Of a DNA stretch of 64,000 nt, positions 8,682-19,370 are shown piece after piece. Positions within the stretch are counted from its first letter, which is position 1. Every line of letters begins with the position of its first letter. Location of the stretch: positions 38,813 through 102,812 of the forward strand of contig JAZJZE010000002.1 of the NCBI GenBank assembly GCA_040390065.1. The letters run 5' to 3'. Source of the stretch: a bacterium. Its GTDB lineage: Archaea > Thermoplasmatota > E2 > JACPAO01 > JAHFTW01. The translations under genes were made by a program, and so were the position numbers. The notes beneath the pieces are model-generated. The model did no database searches. It was not told the DNA's origin and saw only the letters and a list, made by a program, of their open reading frames with translations.

Positions 8682-11600
8682 CTACGCCTTGCGGCGCGCC
8701 AGCAGCCCGACGGCCGCCAAGCCGACCAGCAGGCCGACCAATTCGAAGCCCGGCGAGCCCTTGCCCGTCGTCGACGAGCCCGACGGAGTCGGGGTGGGCG
8801 TCGCTTCGCCTGTCACTTGCAGGAGCGTGAAGCCAGTGACGCCGTCCTTGAAGACCGTGACCGTGTGCGTGCCCGGCGCCGTCGCCGTGCAGGTCGATCC
8901 GGAGCAGGTGCCGTCGGGCATCATGTCGAACCGGGCGCCCGACTGGGCGCTGGCCAACGGATTGTCGAAGGCGTCGAAGCCGCTGACGCTGAAGGTCTTG
9001 GGCACGCCGACCCCCACGGTGGCGCCGGCGGGCGTGACCTCGAGGCGACCGAGCGGTCCAGCGATCGTGGTGGCCGTCGTGGTTCCCGACAAGCTACCGG
9101 AGCGCGCCGTGATGGTCGCCGTGCCGATGGACCTGCTCGAGAACGTGACGGTCGCCTGCCCGTTGGCGTCAGTCGTCGACAGTTGCGCCGAAAGGCTGCC
9201 GTCCGTGGCCGACCACGTGAGCGTCGCTCCCGTGATGCCCTTGCCGTTGGCGTCCTTCAGGGTCGCCTGCAACGGCCGTGATCCGCCGGCGCCGAAGGTG
9301 AAGGTGCCGGGCGTGATGGTCAAGGCCGAGGGTGTGGCCGACGTGACCGTGAACGTCACCGGGCTGTTCGTGAGACCTGCGGCTGCCGCGGTCACCGTGT
9401 TTGCGCCCGCCGTCGTGCCCGTCGTCACGGTCGCTGATGCCAGCCCTGACGAGGAGCTTGGACCGGAGGTCGGGGCGATGGAGCCTCCCCCGCTTGTCAC
9501 AGCCCACGTCACGGTGACGCCCGGCACGCCGTTCTCGAACGCGTCGCTGACCTTGGCCTGCAGCGCCTGCGACGTCCCTGGAGCGTTGTTGGCCGCCGTG
9601 AAGGGATGCGCCGTGATCTTCTTCGCGACACCCGGCGTGACCGTCAGACTGAATTTGCCGGTGATGCCCAGGTTGTTGCCTGTCACGTTATGCACGCCGG
9701 CCTTGGTGAGCCCGTTGCACACGTTGCCCGTGGCGCAGGCGCCGCCGTTGTCGACCGTGAACGTCGTCGTCGACGTGACGTCGCCGAGGCTGCGACCGAG
9801 ATCGTCGAAGGCGACAGCCGACAGCGTCACCTGGCCGACGTCGGCGCTCACGGTGGCGGGCGTGGCCGTCACGTTGAGACGCGCGATGACGGGGCCACCG
9901 TTGCCGGAGACGCCAAGCGGATTGACCTTGAAGATGATGGGACTGTTCGTGAGCGCCGCGCCTTGCGCGTTGTTCGCCGATGCCGTGACCGTGAGGGCCG
10001 GCGCCGTGGCCGACGCGGGTCCGTCCGTCGTGATCTGCGCGGTCGCGATGCCGGAGTCGTCCGTGACCGACGTCGTCGCGCCAAGGATGCCGGCGCCGCT
10101 GGTCTTCGCCCACGTGACTGTCCGCCCGGCAACACCGTTGCCTGACGCGTCGCGGATCTTGACCTGCAGGACGAGGCTGCGGTTGCCCGGGACGCCGACA
10201 AAGGTCGATGCGGGGGAGACGATGTCGCTTGCCGGCTGGCTGATGAAGACGGAGCCGAAGTGCTCCTCGAGGACGACGCCGGGTGCGATGAGGCGCACTT
10301 CGATCATGCCTGTTCGCCCGGTGCCAGACGGGTTGACGATGCCGGACAACTGCGCGGTGATGGTGCCCGGCGGGCACGGGGCGCCGTCGCCCGCGCGCAT
10401 GATCAGCATCTCGTAGTAGAAGGACGTGACATAGTAGGTGCCAGAGCAGCCCGTGACGATGGCCACTGGGGGCGCGGCCCAGATGGTCACTCCTCCGGCC
10501 GATGCGAAGGGCAACGTGCTCTGCGATAGCGTGATGGAGCCGCCGCCTGCCGCCACCGCGGCGACCGTCGTGCCGGTCGGGACATTCCAGCCCGTGACGG
10601 GCTTGCCGACATCGGAGTCGAGGAACAGGTTCAGCGCGCTCGTCACGGTGGTCGTTCCTCCGGTGACGAAGGCGCTGTCGCTGACCCAACGCGGGCTCGC
10701 ATACGGGCCGGGTGGGGTTTTCTCGAAGAAGGAGATGCCGAGCGACCCGGTGGCCGGCCACGTCGATGTCGACCCGATGAGGAACGTGTACGTTGCGGCG
10801 ACGCCGGGGTCCAGGTGGTCGGCGCCGATGACGACTGGCGTCGCCGGGCCGGTCGTGATGGCCACGCCACCGGTGTCGATGATGCCGCCGGACGAGGTCG
10901 TGGTCTGGAACGGGATGAAGCTGGACTGCGGCCCTGCCGGGTTCGTGATGCCGGCGGTGATCGTGACCGTGAGCGACGTCCCGGCCAGGCATTTGGCCCC
11001 GGCCGCGCGGTCGAACAACGCCGTTCCGCCCGCACTTCCACTGCCCGTCGACAGGGCGTCCATGAGGAACGTGTCGCCCGTGGTGCAAGGGTTTCCGGAC
11101 AGGGTCGCCGCGAGGGAGCCGGGGCCGGCCACGACGACGCCGTAGCCCGCGGGAAAGGTTGCGGTGAACAGGCCGTTGTTCGGCCAGTCGTTCGCGAGCG
11201 TGAACTGGAACGTGTACGACGACGTCACGCCGGCGGCCGGAGTGCTCGGCGACAGGGATACGGACGTGAGCGCCGAAGGCAGGATGGACACCGTCACGGG
11301 GGACGCGGCGGCTGGGCCTTGGTCCACCTTCACGGATGGCCCGGGTGTGGCCGAGGTCCACGTCGAGAAGGCGGTCGGCGACGTGAAGGTCTGTACGCCG
11401 GCGACGCCGGGGTTCTTGACACCAGTCAAGGTCATCGTGACCGTCGTGCCGGCTGCGCAGGCGGTGCCTCCGGAGCGCGTGATGGTGGCCACGGTCGTCG
11501 TGTGCGTCACGGCAAAGGTTCCGTCACAGCCTGTGACCGTGGCAATCGTGCCGAGCGCGCCCAAGTCAAAAGTGCCCGGAGTCGTGCCGAAGTCGACCTT

Positions 11601-14198
11601 GAAAAGGCCGCCAATCGGCCAGGGGTTCGTGAGCTTGAACTGGATCGAGTACGTCGTGGTCGCTCCGTCGAAGACCGAGGTCGGCGTTGCCGAAATTCCC
11701 GTCAGCGCGGCGACCGTGATGCTTGCGGTTTGGCCGACTTGCGGCGGCGTCGTCAGGGCAGGCGTCGCATCGATTGCAGCGCCGGTGGACGTCTCGGTCT
11801 CCCACAGGAGGCCGTAGTTGCCCGGCACGGGGGGATTCTTGACGCCCGAAATGGTCAGGATGGCGCTGGAGCCGGGCGCGCAGTCCGACGCGGCTCCGCT
11901 GCGCTGGATGGTGACGACCTGGGTCGTGCCGACGCGCGTCGCTGTGAACGTCCCCGAGAAACAGGTCGCCCCCGTCGTGCCCACGCTGGGCGACATGCCG
12001 GCGAGGTCGACTTGGGACGGGAACGTGACCTTCGCCATGCCCGTGGACGGCCATTGGTTGACCAACGTGAATGCGATGCTGTACGCCGCCGTGGATCCTG
12101 CCGTCGACGGGATCGGCACGACCGAGGAGGGCCCGTCCGAGAAGGTTGCTGCAACGTACGTGATGGCCGCCGCCGTGCCGACGTCAATATCCGCGCCGAG
12201 AGCGGTGCGCGTGCGTAGCGTGAAGGGGCCTGCAACGCCGGAGAACGGCTGGTTGGTGACGCCCGAGATTTCCACCGCCAGGGGCGTGCCAGCGACACAA
12301 CCGGTGCCGCCCGTGCGGGCCGCCATCTTGACGGTGCCCGGGGCAACGAGGCTGAAGATGGTGGCGCCGTTCGTCACGCCGTTCAGGCATCCCGAGGCCG
12401 GCACGATGAGGGCGGCGCCGGAGACGCCAAGCGACGTCGGCAAGCCCGAGATCCAGAGTTCATCCGTCGTGGTCCACAAGTTGGCGGGCGTGAATTCGAG
12501 GCGGTAGGTGACCGGGTTCTTCCCCGCCGTGTAATCCGAGAGCCACGCGGCAGTCGCCGTGAGCACCCCCGGGTTAATCGTGATCGTGCCGGTCCCGTAG
12601 TCGATTTCGGGGACGCCGGCGGTCATCGTCTTGATGTTGCCCGACGTCAACGCTCCGAAGTCCTGGAGGCCGCCGTAACGGGGATTGCGGATGCCTCCCA
12701 GCGTCAACGTCCATGCGCCCCGGGAGCAGACTGCGGGGACGTTCGTGCCGCTCGTAGCGCGCGTCACCGTGATGACGTGGAGGCTGGTGATGGTAACAGG
12801 GAACACGCCGGTCGTGCAGCCGGTCACCGTGGCCGGCGTAGTCACGCCCGACAGGATGACGTCATCGGGGAAGGTGAACTGGATGCGGCCGTCCATCGGC
12901 AGGGCGTTTGCGCTCGTCCAGGCGAATTCCCAGGAAGAAAGGACGCCTGCGACGGCCGGGGTGGGCGTCGTCGTGATGGTGACCCCCGACAGCGTGCCGA
13001 CGGTCATCAGCGGCGAGACCCCCGCCACATTGGTGTCCACGAGGCCGTCGAGGATCGTGATGACGCTGCCAGCCGCCTGGGCGCCGGTCGCGCTCTGCGA
13101 CATGGTGACGCTCGAGGCGCTCGTGAACGAGATGATCGTCGTGCCAGAAGGGATGTTCGGGCCCATGACGAGGCGACCGACGTCCGCGGCGGTGAAGACG
13201 GCGCCTGCGGCGCTGCCGAGGGCGGGCGACAGGTTCGCGGTGGTGCCGTCGACGAAGCCGCGCTGCGACCCCGTCGAGGTGAAGGTGCGGATGGTGAAGG
13301 CTCCAGGTTGGGCCGCAACGCCCGGATTCGTGACACCACTGACGGTCACGGACAGAACCTGGCCGGGGGTGCAGGCGCCGCCGGGGACGCGCGTCAAGGT
13401 GATGGTCGGAACCGTCAAGACGGCCGGTCCGGCGGGCGTCGGGCTGATGTTGGCGCCCACTGCGCTCAACGTGCCAGTCACGCAGCTGCCGCCGCTTGCC
13501 GTCGGCGTCGCGGCCAAGGCGTAGGGCTGCGGCGTGTAGTCGTTGGGGAATTGGATGACCATCTTGCCATTGGCAGGCCACGTCCCGGCCCCGGTTTCGG
13601 TGAAGGTGTAGGTCGTGACCGCCCCGGCAACCGGCGTCGCCGGGAGGGTCGAGATGCTGCCAGAGGAGAACGCACCGTTGATCACGATGCTCGCCGTCGC
13701 CGAGTCGATCGTGGCGCCGCCGGCGTTGCGCGTGCGCATGTCGATGACGTACGGGCCCGATGCGGCAGGGTTGTCGAGTCCACCGAAGCCGATGGTGGCG
13801 ATGGCGCCGGCCGGACAGGCACCGCCGTCGTTGGAACGCGTAAGGAGGATGCGGCCCGGCAGCGAGAAGTCGGGGGCTGCCAGGGTGCCCGCGCCAGGGG
13901 CGGCGCATGCCGTGCCCGACATTGCGAAGGAGACGGCGCCGGATGCAGTGTCCGCCCAGGCGGCCGGGAATTGGATGAGCAAGTCGCCGTTGGCGTCCCA
14001 GCTGCTTGCGAGCTTGAGCGAGAAGAGGTGCGTCGGAGTCGCGCCCGCGGCCAGGTTGCTGGGGACGTCGAACGGCTGCGTGCCCGACTGCGCAAGCGCG
14101 CCGGCTTGGGCGCCAGGGGCGGTCAGGACGAGGACGGCCAAGGTGGCCACGACGGCCAGTCCGAGGACGGCGAACAGGCCAGTGCGTTCATTCGACAT
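8682..14198 (-). CDS. Giant (~1840 aa) Thr/Gly/Ala-rich surface protein with tandem Ig-like repeats, invasin/Big_1-like domains and a PGF-CTERM sorting signal
   Basis: Signal peptide; about 9 repeats of Y(T/S)(F/I)xFxxxxxWPxxGxxxxxFP, most with a Cys pair; Big_1-like V.DA.GN.V.G.TVTW; TPTPTPS linker, then KGSPGFELVGLLVGLAAVGLLARRKA. Confidence 0.85.
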   Translation of the reverse strand: MSNERTGLFAVLGLAVVATLAVLVLTAPGAQAGALAQSGTQPFDVPSNLAAGATPTHLFSLKLASSWDANGDLLIQFPAAWADTASGAVSFAMSGTACAAPGAGTLAAPDFSLPGRILLTRSNDGGACPAGAIATIGFGGLDNPAASGPYVIDMRTRNAGGATIDSATASIVINGAFSSGSISTLPATPVAGAVTTYTFTETGAGTWPANGKMVIQFPNDYTPQPYALAATPTASGGSCVTGTLSAVGANISPTPAGPAVLTVPTITLTRVPGGACTPGQVLSVTVSGVTNPGVAAQPGAFTIRTFTSTGSQRGFVDGTTANLSPALGSAAGAVFTAADVGRLVMGPNIPSGTTIISFTSASSVTMSQSATGAQAAGSVITILDGLVDTNVAGVSPLMTVGTLSGVTITTTPTPAVAGVLSSWEFAWTSANALPMDGRIQFTFPDDVILSGVTTPATVTGCTTGVFPVTITSLHVITVTRATSGTNVPAVCSRGAWTLTLGGIRNPRYGGLQDFGALTSGNIKTMTAGVPEIDYGTGTITINPGVLTATAAWLSDYTAGKNPVTYRLEFTPANLWTTTDELWISGLPTSLGVSGAALIVPASGCLNGVTNGATIFSLVAPGTVKMAARTGGTGCVAGTPLAVEISGVTNQPFSGVAGPFTLRTRTALGADIDVGTAAAITYVAATFSDGPSSVVPIPSTAGSTAAYSIAFTLVNQWPSTGMAKVTFPSQVDLAGMSPSVGTTGATCFSGTFTATRVGTTQVVTIQRSGAASDCAPGSSAILTISGVKNPPVPGNYGLLWETETSTGAAIDATPALTTPPQVGQTASITVAALTGISATPTSVFDGATTTYSIQFKLTNPWPIGGLFKVDFGTTPGTFDLGALGTIATVTGCDGTFAVTHTTTVATITRSGGTACAAGTTVTMTLTGVKNPGVAGVQTFTSPTAFSTWTSATPGPSVKVDQGPAAASPVTVSILPSALTSVSLSPSTPAAGVTSSYTFQFTLANDWPNNGLFTATFPAGYGVVVAGPGSLAATLSGNPCTTGDTFLMDALSTGSGSAGGTALFDRAAGAKCLAGTSLTVTITAGITNPAGPQSSFIPFQTTTSSGGIIDTGGVAITTGPATPVVIGADHLDPGVAATYTFLIGSTSTWPATGSLGISFFEKTPPGPYASPRWVSDSAFVTGGTTTVTSALNLFLDSDVGKPVTGWNVPTGTTVAAVAAGGGSITLSQSTLPFASAGGVTIWAAPPVAIVTGCSGTYYVTSFYYEMLIMRAGDGAPCPPGTITAQLSGIVNPSGTGRTGMIEVRLIAPGVVLEEHFGSVFISQPASDIVSPASTFVGVPGNRSLVLQVKIRDASGNGVAGRTVTWAKTSGAGILGATTSVTDDSGIATAQITTDGPASATAPALTVTASANNAQGAALTNSPIIFKVNPLGVSGNGGPVIARLNVTATPATVSADVGQVTLSAVAFDDLGRSLGDVTSTTTFTVDNGGACATGNVCNGLTKAGVHNVTGNNLGITGKFSLTVTPGVAKKITAHPFTAANNAPGTSQALQAKVSDAFENGVPGVTVTWAVTSGGGSIAPTSGPSSSSGLASATVTTGTTAGANTVTAAAAGLTNSPVTFTVTSATPSALTITPGTFTFGAGGSRPLQATLKDANGKGITGATLTWSATDGSLSAQLSTTDANGQATVTFSSRSIGTATITARSGSLSGTTTATTIAGPLGRLEVTPAGATVGVGVPKTFSVSGFDAFDNPLASAQSGARFDMMPDGTCSGSTCTATAPGTHTVTVFKDGVTGFTLLQVTGEATPTPTPSGSSTTGKGSPGFELVGLLVGLAAVGLLARRKA

Positions 14199-14404
14199 GA
14201 CGTCGGGGGGCGACCCGGACCACATGGGTCAAACGACTCGCGCGCCCCTACTTAAGGTCTTATGGAGGATTCGGTGGCTGCCTGGACAGGGGAAATCCTC
14301 GGGTTTTTCCGGCCTGGAAATTCTATTGGCCGGCTGGATGGGGTTGCGGCCGCGGTCAGGGCCCCGGCCTGAAACGCTTTCTCGGGGCCGGGCGTCCGAA
14401 GGGC

Positions 14405-15343
14405 GTGTCCGTTTGCTCGAAGTGCCGCTCGCCGAGCGTCATCTTCCTGCGTTATGCCGGGACGCACTTGTGTCGCGAGCACTTCCTCGAATTCTTCGCG
14501 CGGCGCGCCAAACTCGAGATCGCTCGGCAAGGCCGTCTGCCCGAAGGGACAGTCGCCGTCGCGCTGTCGGGCGGCAAGGATTCCGTCTCGGTCCTGCACT
14601 TCCTGCACCAGATGCTCGGCGGCCGCCCCGGCATCCGGCTCGTCGCCGTCACCGTCGATGAGGGGATCGCGGGCTACCGCGACTCGGCCCTGGACATCTG
14701 CCGCGAGGTGACGAAGCGTCTTGGCGTCCCATGGACACTCGTGAAGACGGAGGAGCTTGCGGGCTACTCCATCGACCAGTACGCGGCAGGAACGCACGGA
14801 CCCGGGGGCGAGTCGCACACGAATGCCCCGCGGGCGGCGTGTGGCCCTTGCGGTGTCTTCCGGCGCGTTGGCATGAACCGACTTGCACGCGACGCGGGGG
14901 CATCCGCCATCGTGACCGGCCACAACCTTGACGACCAGGCGCAGACCATCCTGATGAACCACCTCAAGGGCGACCTGGACCGGGCCTCGCGGATGGCGCC
15001 CCATGACCAAGGCGATCGCCATGATGGCCTTGTGCCGCGACTCATGCCGTTTCGGACGATCCCCGAGAAGGAAGTCCTCCTGTACGCCGTGCTGAACGAC
15101 TTGCCACTGCACCATGAGGCGGAGTGTCCCTACGCCGAGCGCAGCCAGCGCTTCGCCTTGCGCGATGTCTTGACCAGCCTGGAAGAAAGGACGCCCGGGA
15201 CGCGACATGCGCTCGTGCGTGGGCAGGACCGGTTGCAACCGATTCTCCTGGCGGCGCTGCCGAAGACTCCGCTTGCGTCATGCCCGGAGTGCGGCGAGGC
15301 GACGAGCGGGGAGCGCTGCATGGCATGCGCCCTACGCGCCTGA
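14405..15343 (+). CDS. ncsA: tRNA 2-thiolation protein (NcsA/TtuA/Ctu1, PP-loop family)
   Basis: N-terminal CSKC..LC..HF zinc finger, ALSGGKDS PP-loop, CGPCGVFRR, TGHNLDD, C-terminal CPECG..C..C. Confidence 0.85.
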   Translation: MSVCSKCRSPSVIFLRYAGTHLCREHFLEFFARRAKLEIARQGRLPEGTVAVALSGGKDSVSVLHFLHQMLGGRPGIRLVAVTVDEGIAGYRDSALDICREVTKRLGVPWTLVKTEELAGYSIDQYAAGTHGPGGESHTNAPRAACGPCGVFRRVGMNRLARDAGASAIVTGHNLDDQAQTILMNHLKGDLDRASRMAPHDQGDRHDGLVPRLMPFRTIPEKEVLLYAVLNDLPLHHEAECPYAERSQRFALRDVLTSLEERTPGTRHALVRGQDRLQPILLAALPKTPLASCPECGEATSGERCMACALRA

Positions 15344-15348
15344 GCGGC

Positions 15349-15418
15349 CCATCAAACGAAACAACCGACGCAACAGACGGCCCGCTGATTCGGTTGCCTC
15401 AGGTACATCGGTTGATGG
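15349..15418. repeat. Imperfect hairpin built from 9-nt (CAACCGA-type) units between convergent genes
   Basis: ccatcaaacga-aacaaccga-cgcaacaga ... tcggttgcc-tcaggtaca-tcggttgatgg; same unit at 47575-47813 and 54053-54083. Confidence 0.65.
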
Positions 15419-15440
15419 ACCGGGCGATGCGATGAGGGGG

Positions 15441-16622
15441 CTACTGCGTGGCCGCCGTCGTGGCACCCATCTTCCCCGTGCACGGGTTGAGGTGGTGGCC
15501 CGAGTTGGGGCCAGGAAGGACGCAGCCGCTGGGCAGGTCGACGTCGATGGAGTGGTACCCGATGCCTTCGGTCAGGACGAGGCCGGGCCCGATGGCTTGG
15601 TGGTCGAGTTTCCAGGTTCCGGTGGGGTCGCCCGTGCCGAAGAAGACGATCTTGAGGCCGCTCTCGCCCGCGCCGGAATGGACGGAGTACACAGTGCCGT
15701 TGGGCGAGGTCACCGTCTCCGTGTAGTCACCGACGCCGGGGGATTGTGCGGGCAGGCCGGGCACGATGAAGTTGGTGAGGTCGCCGACGAGGATGGTGAA
15801 CGCGAGGTGGTCGTAGCCGGGCTGGACGTCGACGGTTTCGCTTGCGGCCGCTGGCTTGGGGTCCTGCGTGGGGCTGGTCTGCGCGTTCCATGGTCCGAGG
15901 CGGCCGTTCTGGAACACGAGGTCATGCGCATGGGGGACACGCACGACGCCGTGGTAGCCGTAGCCGTGTGCCGCGACTTCGACGGTTGCGTAGTTGGGGT
16001 CGTCGAGGCGCACGACTTCGCCGGTCTCGGCGTCGTACGTCGCGGTCCAGTTGAAGGAGCCGTTGGCGGTGTCCTCGAAGTGGATCGTGGCCTTTCCGTC
16101 GGCTGCGGCAGTGACGAGGGCATGGCCGGGCCGGCCTTCGAAGGCGGAGTCCCAGCGCTTGCCGGTCGCCAGGGGGAAGTCGAGGATCTTCATGCCGACG
16201 TCGTGCACTTCGAAGGAGAGGTCCTTCTGGTCGATGTCGCCATAGCCGGGCACGTGCAGGACGAGTGCGTCGTTGGAGAAGCCGTCGATGGGGAAGCCGA
16301 CGAGATACTGGGTGCCGAAGGTGCCGGCGACGACGCGCTTGATGTGCAGCACGTGTCCCGCGAAGTGGTCCGTGACCGTGTACTCCCACCATTCGCCGAG
16401 GCGCCATTGCGGCGGCGCCTGAAGCGTGCGCTCTCCCGGTGCGGGCGGTGTGGCGTTGAGGATGGGGATGTCCACCTTGTTGGCGCCGCCGTCGTCGTAC
16501 TGCAGCAGGACGCCTCCCGTGTTGGACTGCTCCGTCGTCCCGCCGGTGCATCCGGCGACGAGGAGGACGACAAGGGCAAGGATTGCGCCGCGCACAGCCG
16601 GCAAGGCCGGGCGTTCGTTCAT
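15441..16622 (-). CDS. Putative lipoprotein, unknown function
   Basis: Lipobox LVAGC; APPQWRLGEWWEY motif seen in Thermoplasmatota lipoproteins; C-terminal jelly-roll-like part. Confidence 0.7.
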   Translation of the reverse strand: MNERPALPAVRGAILALVVLLVAGCTGGTTEQSNTGGVLLQYDDGGANKVDIPILNATPPAPGERTLQAPPQWRLGEWWEYTVTDHFAGHVLHIKRVVAGTFGTQYLVGFPIDGFSNDALVLHVPGYGDIDQKDLSFEVHDVGMKILDFPLATGKRWDSAFEGRPGHALVTAAADGKATIHFEDTANGSFNWTATYDAETGEVVRLDDPNYATVEVAAHGYGYHGVVRVPHAHDLVFQNGRLGPWNAQTSPTQDPKPAAASETVDVQPGYDHLAFTILVGDLTNFIVPGLPAQSPGVGDYTETVTSPNGTVYSVHSGAGESGLKIVFFGTGDPTGTWKLDHQAIGPGLVLTEGIGYHSIDVDLPSGCVLPGPNSGHHLNPCTGKMGATTAATQ

Positions 16623-16648
16623 GAGCGTTGCGTCTGCGGAGCGAAGCC

Positions 16649-17701
16649 CTAGGTCCGTGAAGGCTGGACCAGGAAGAAGACTTGGAGGTAGTAGTGTGCG
16701 GGGAGGCCGGACCCGTCGTCGACGACTGCCATGAAGGTGCGGCCGGTGGCGTTGAGGTTGGGGTCGTAGAATCGCAGTGCCTCGCGCTCGTACGGCGAGT
16801 TGGACTCAGCGAGGAACGCCCCACTCGCGTCGAGGAGTTGCAAATCAAGGTCGGTGGGGACGCCATTGGTGCCGTTGGCGGACACGACGACGACCATGCC
16901 GCGCGCGTCGGCGGGGACGAGGATTGGAATTGGCGGGCTCGAGCTGGCCGAACCGCCGCCCACCGCGACTCCGGGCCCGAGTGAGCCTTCCTGGTGGGGG
17001 CCGGCCAGGATGGAGTTGGTCGTGCGGTTCCACGGGGCGACGACGGGGTGGACGTGCGAATTCTTGTCGCCGCCGACGTCGAGGTAGAGTGGCGCCGCCG
17101 CGGACTGCGAGCCTTGCACGGCAACGAGGAAAACGGGACGGGCTCCTGCGGGGATGCCGACGCCTCCTGGCGTGAGGGCCGTGTCGTTGATGCGGACGTC
17201 GAAGCGCGTCCCGGCCTGCTGCAAGGCGACGCGGGCTTGGCCGTTGACGGGGAAGGATGGCGCGGCGGCTGCGTCGTCGGGCAAGTCGTAGCCGAACCAG
17301 ACCTCGACGCCGCCGAAGTCCTGCAAGTCACCGGTCCACGCCTGGCTGGTCTCGAAGATGAGGTGGACGGTGAAGTTGGACATCCAGACCGCTGTCGCGA
17401 CCGGCTGGCCCGTGAAGCGCAGGAGGTCGCGCTCGTGCGTCGGGTCGCTGCCGCCGGAGATGGCAATCTGGCCGGAGGTCACGTTCGCGGCGACGAGGCC
17501 GTAGGACGTATCCAGGTTCCACGTGAGGCGGACGGGGGCGATGGGAGCCGTTGCGTTGCTGATTGCGCCGTGCAGGGGAGGTCCCGTCGCGGACGTGGAC
17601 GCATCCTGCGTCGGCGACGACGATGAGCAGCCGGCAAGCAGCAGGCCCAAGAGCAGTCCGACGACGGCCTTCACGCGGCTGGAGGCGGCAGCGAGGGTCA
17701 T
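16649..17701 (-). CDS. Putative lipoprotein with C-terminal PPC-like (pre-peptidase) domain
   Basis: Lipobox LLAGC; DLDLQLLDASG..LAES....ERE motif typical of PPC-like domains. Confidence 0.7.
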   Translation of the reverse strand: MTLAAASSRVKAVVGLLLGLLLAGCSSSSPTQDASTSATGPPLHGAISNATAPIAPVRLTWNLDTSYGLVAANVTSGQIAISGGSDPTHERDLLRFTGQPVATAVWMSNFTVHLIFETSQAWTGDLQDFGGVEVWFGYDLPDDAAAAPSFPVNGQARVALQQAGTRFDVRINDTALTPGGVGIPAGARPVFLVAVQGSQSAAAPLYLDVGGDKNSHVHPVVAPWNRTTNSILAGPHQEGSLGPGVAVGGGSASSSPPIPILVPADARGMVVVVSANGTNGVPTDLDLQLLDASGAFLAESNSPYEREALRFYDPNLNATGRTFMAVVDDGSGLPAHYYLQVFFLVQPSRT

Positions 17702-17769
17702 GAGGATTCCGCCGAGGCCGGGGGCAACACACGCACACGGAAACAGGATACATCGCACCCGGCGAGGGG

Positions 17770-18015
17770 CCGAGCCCGCCGGAGCGAAGCGAACGGCGGG
17801 CGAGTGGGGTTGGGCTCAAGCGGGCCCAAGCGAAGCGCGGGCAAGCGTGGGCCGCCGGGGGCGCGTTGCGGAACGCCCTGGACAAGCCCCTGCGAGCGCA
17901 GGTGCGCGAGCCCTTGGGGGCCGTGGGGGCCGAAATGCCCTCCGCCGGGGGGAAACGCGCGGGGGGCGGGAAGCCCCCCGCCGCTATGTGGTGTCGAGCG
18001 CAGCGAGACATCACG
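17770..18015. repeat. Cluster of GC-rich REP-like hairpins (GAGCGAAGCGA motif)
   Basis: cccgccg-GAGCGAAGCGA-a-cggcggg 17775-17800; gggggcgggaagccccc near 17961-17980; ggtgtc-GAGCGCAGCGA-gacatc near 17990-18012. Confidence 0.6.
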
Positions 18016-18170
18016 AAGAAAATGATCGACCTGGTTGCAGGTCGAGTGCAACCCCCGCCCCCGCCGTTGGGAGGAGCCGATGACCGTGGGAGGACAGCCA
18101 TCAACGCGGCGGGGGCGGGTGTGCGGGGAGGAGGGAGGAGGAGAGGGAAGAGGGAGGCATCACGATGATT

Positions 18171-19370
18171 CTACTGCACGAAGTCGATGCCGCCGGTCGA
18201 GGGCGGGGCTTGTCCCCGGCCGCTGCGGCTGCCCATGCTGGTCGGGCGGTCGAACTTGAAGCCCTCGGGCTTGGCCGGTCCGCCGCTCGGGGTGCGAGCC
18301 GCGGCGCCCTTGCCGTTGGCCGTCTGCACCGCGTGCAGTTGCACGGGGGCGTTGGCCTGCTGCAGGTTCGGGGCGACTTCGATGGTGCTGATGCCGGTCA
18401 TGATGGCCATGACGCGGCAGCGGCCCTCGAACTGGGGCAGCACGCGGGCGCCCCAGATGACGTTGGCCTGGGAGTCGAGTTCGTAGGTGAGTCCTTCGGC
18501 GACTTCCTCGGCGTGCTTGAGGGTGAGGTCGGGGCCGCCGGTGATGTGGATGAGGGCGCCGGTCGCGCCGCGGTAGTCCACGTCCAGAAGCGGGTGGTTG
18601 AGTGCCTCGGAGACGACCGACGAGGGGCCGTCGGAGACCTTGGATTCGCCCCAGAGCATGACGGCGACGCCGCCTTCGCCCATGATGGCCTTCACGTCGG
18701 CGTAGTCCAGGTTGATGAGGGACGGCTGGGTGATGGTCTCGCTGATGCCCTTGACGGTCTCCGCGATGAGTTGGTCCATGACCGAGAAGGCCTGGTCGAT
18801 CGGGAGGTTGGGGACGTAGTTCAGCAGGCGGTTGTTGTCGAGGACGATGACCGAGTCGGCGCGGCTGCGCAGCTTCTGCAGGCCTTCGTCGCCGCGGATG
18901 ATGCGGGCGCGCTCGACGTTGAACGGCGTCGACACCATGCCGACGACGATGGCGCCCATCTTCTTCGCGACGTCCGCGACGACGGGGGCGGTGCCGGTGC
19001 CCGTGCCGCCGCCCATGCCGGCCGTGATGAAGACGAGGTCCGCGCCCTTCAGCATCTCTTCGAGCTTGCCGCGGGCCTGTTCGGCGCAGCGCTCTGCGAC
19101 CTCAGGGTAGCCGCCGGCGCCAAGTCCGCGGGTGATGGTCTTGCCGACCAGGAGCTTCTTGTCCGCCTCGACGAGGTCAAGCGCTTGCTTGTCCGTGTTG
19201 ATGGCGATGGTCTCGGCGCCCTTCACGCCCACCTTGTGCAGGCGGTTGATCGTGTTGCCGCCTGCGCCGCCGCAGCCGACAATCACGATCTTCGGTTCGC
19301 CGAAGTTCTCGTACTCTTTGAGTTCCTGCTCTTGGGCGTACCCAACAGCGACTCCAATCAGGCTTTGCAT
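18171..19370 (-). CDS. ftsZ: Cell division protein FtsZ (archaeal FtsZ2 type)
   Basis: [30 protein letters not shown] tubulin signature, INLDYAD T7 loop; located directly after an RHH gene as in cdrS-ftsZ2 loci. Confidence 0.97.
   Translation of the reverse strand: MQSLIGVAVGYAQEQELKEYENFGEPKIVIVGCGGAGGNTINRLHKVGVKGAETIAINTDKQALDLVEADKKLLVGKTITRGLGAGGYPEVAERCAEQARGKLEEMLKGADLVFITAGMGGGTGTGTAPVVADVAKKMGAIVVGMVSTPFNVERARIIRGDEGLQKLRSRADSVIVLDNNRLLNYVPNLPIDQAFSVMDQLIAETVKGISETITQPSLINLDYADVKAIMGEGGVAVMLWGESKVSDGPSSVVSEALNHPLLDVDYRGATGALIHITGGPDLTLKHAEEVAEGLTYELDSQANVIWGARVLPQFEGRCRVMAIMTGISTIEVAPNLQQANAPVQLHAVQTANGKGAAARTPSGGPAKPEGFKFDRPTSMGSRSGRGQAPPSTGGIDFVQ

Noticed and set aside
109-14661. 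Long + strand ORFs such as 109..1617, 2232..4181, 8578..10416 and 10815..12218
   Set aside because: Antisense shadows of real minus-strand genes caused by high GC; no motifs
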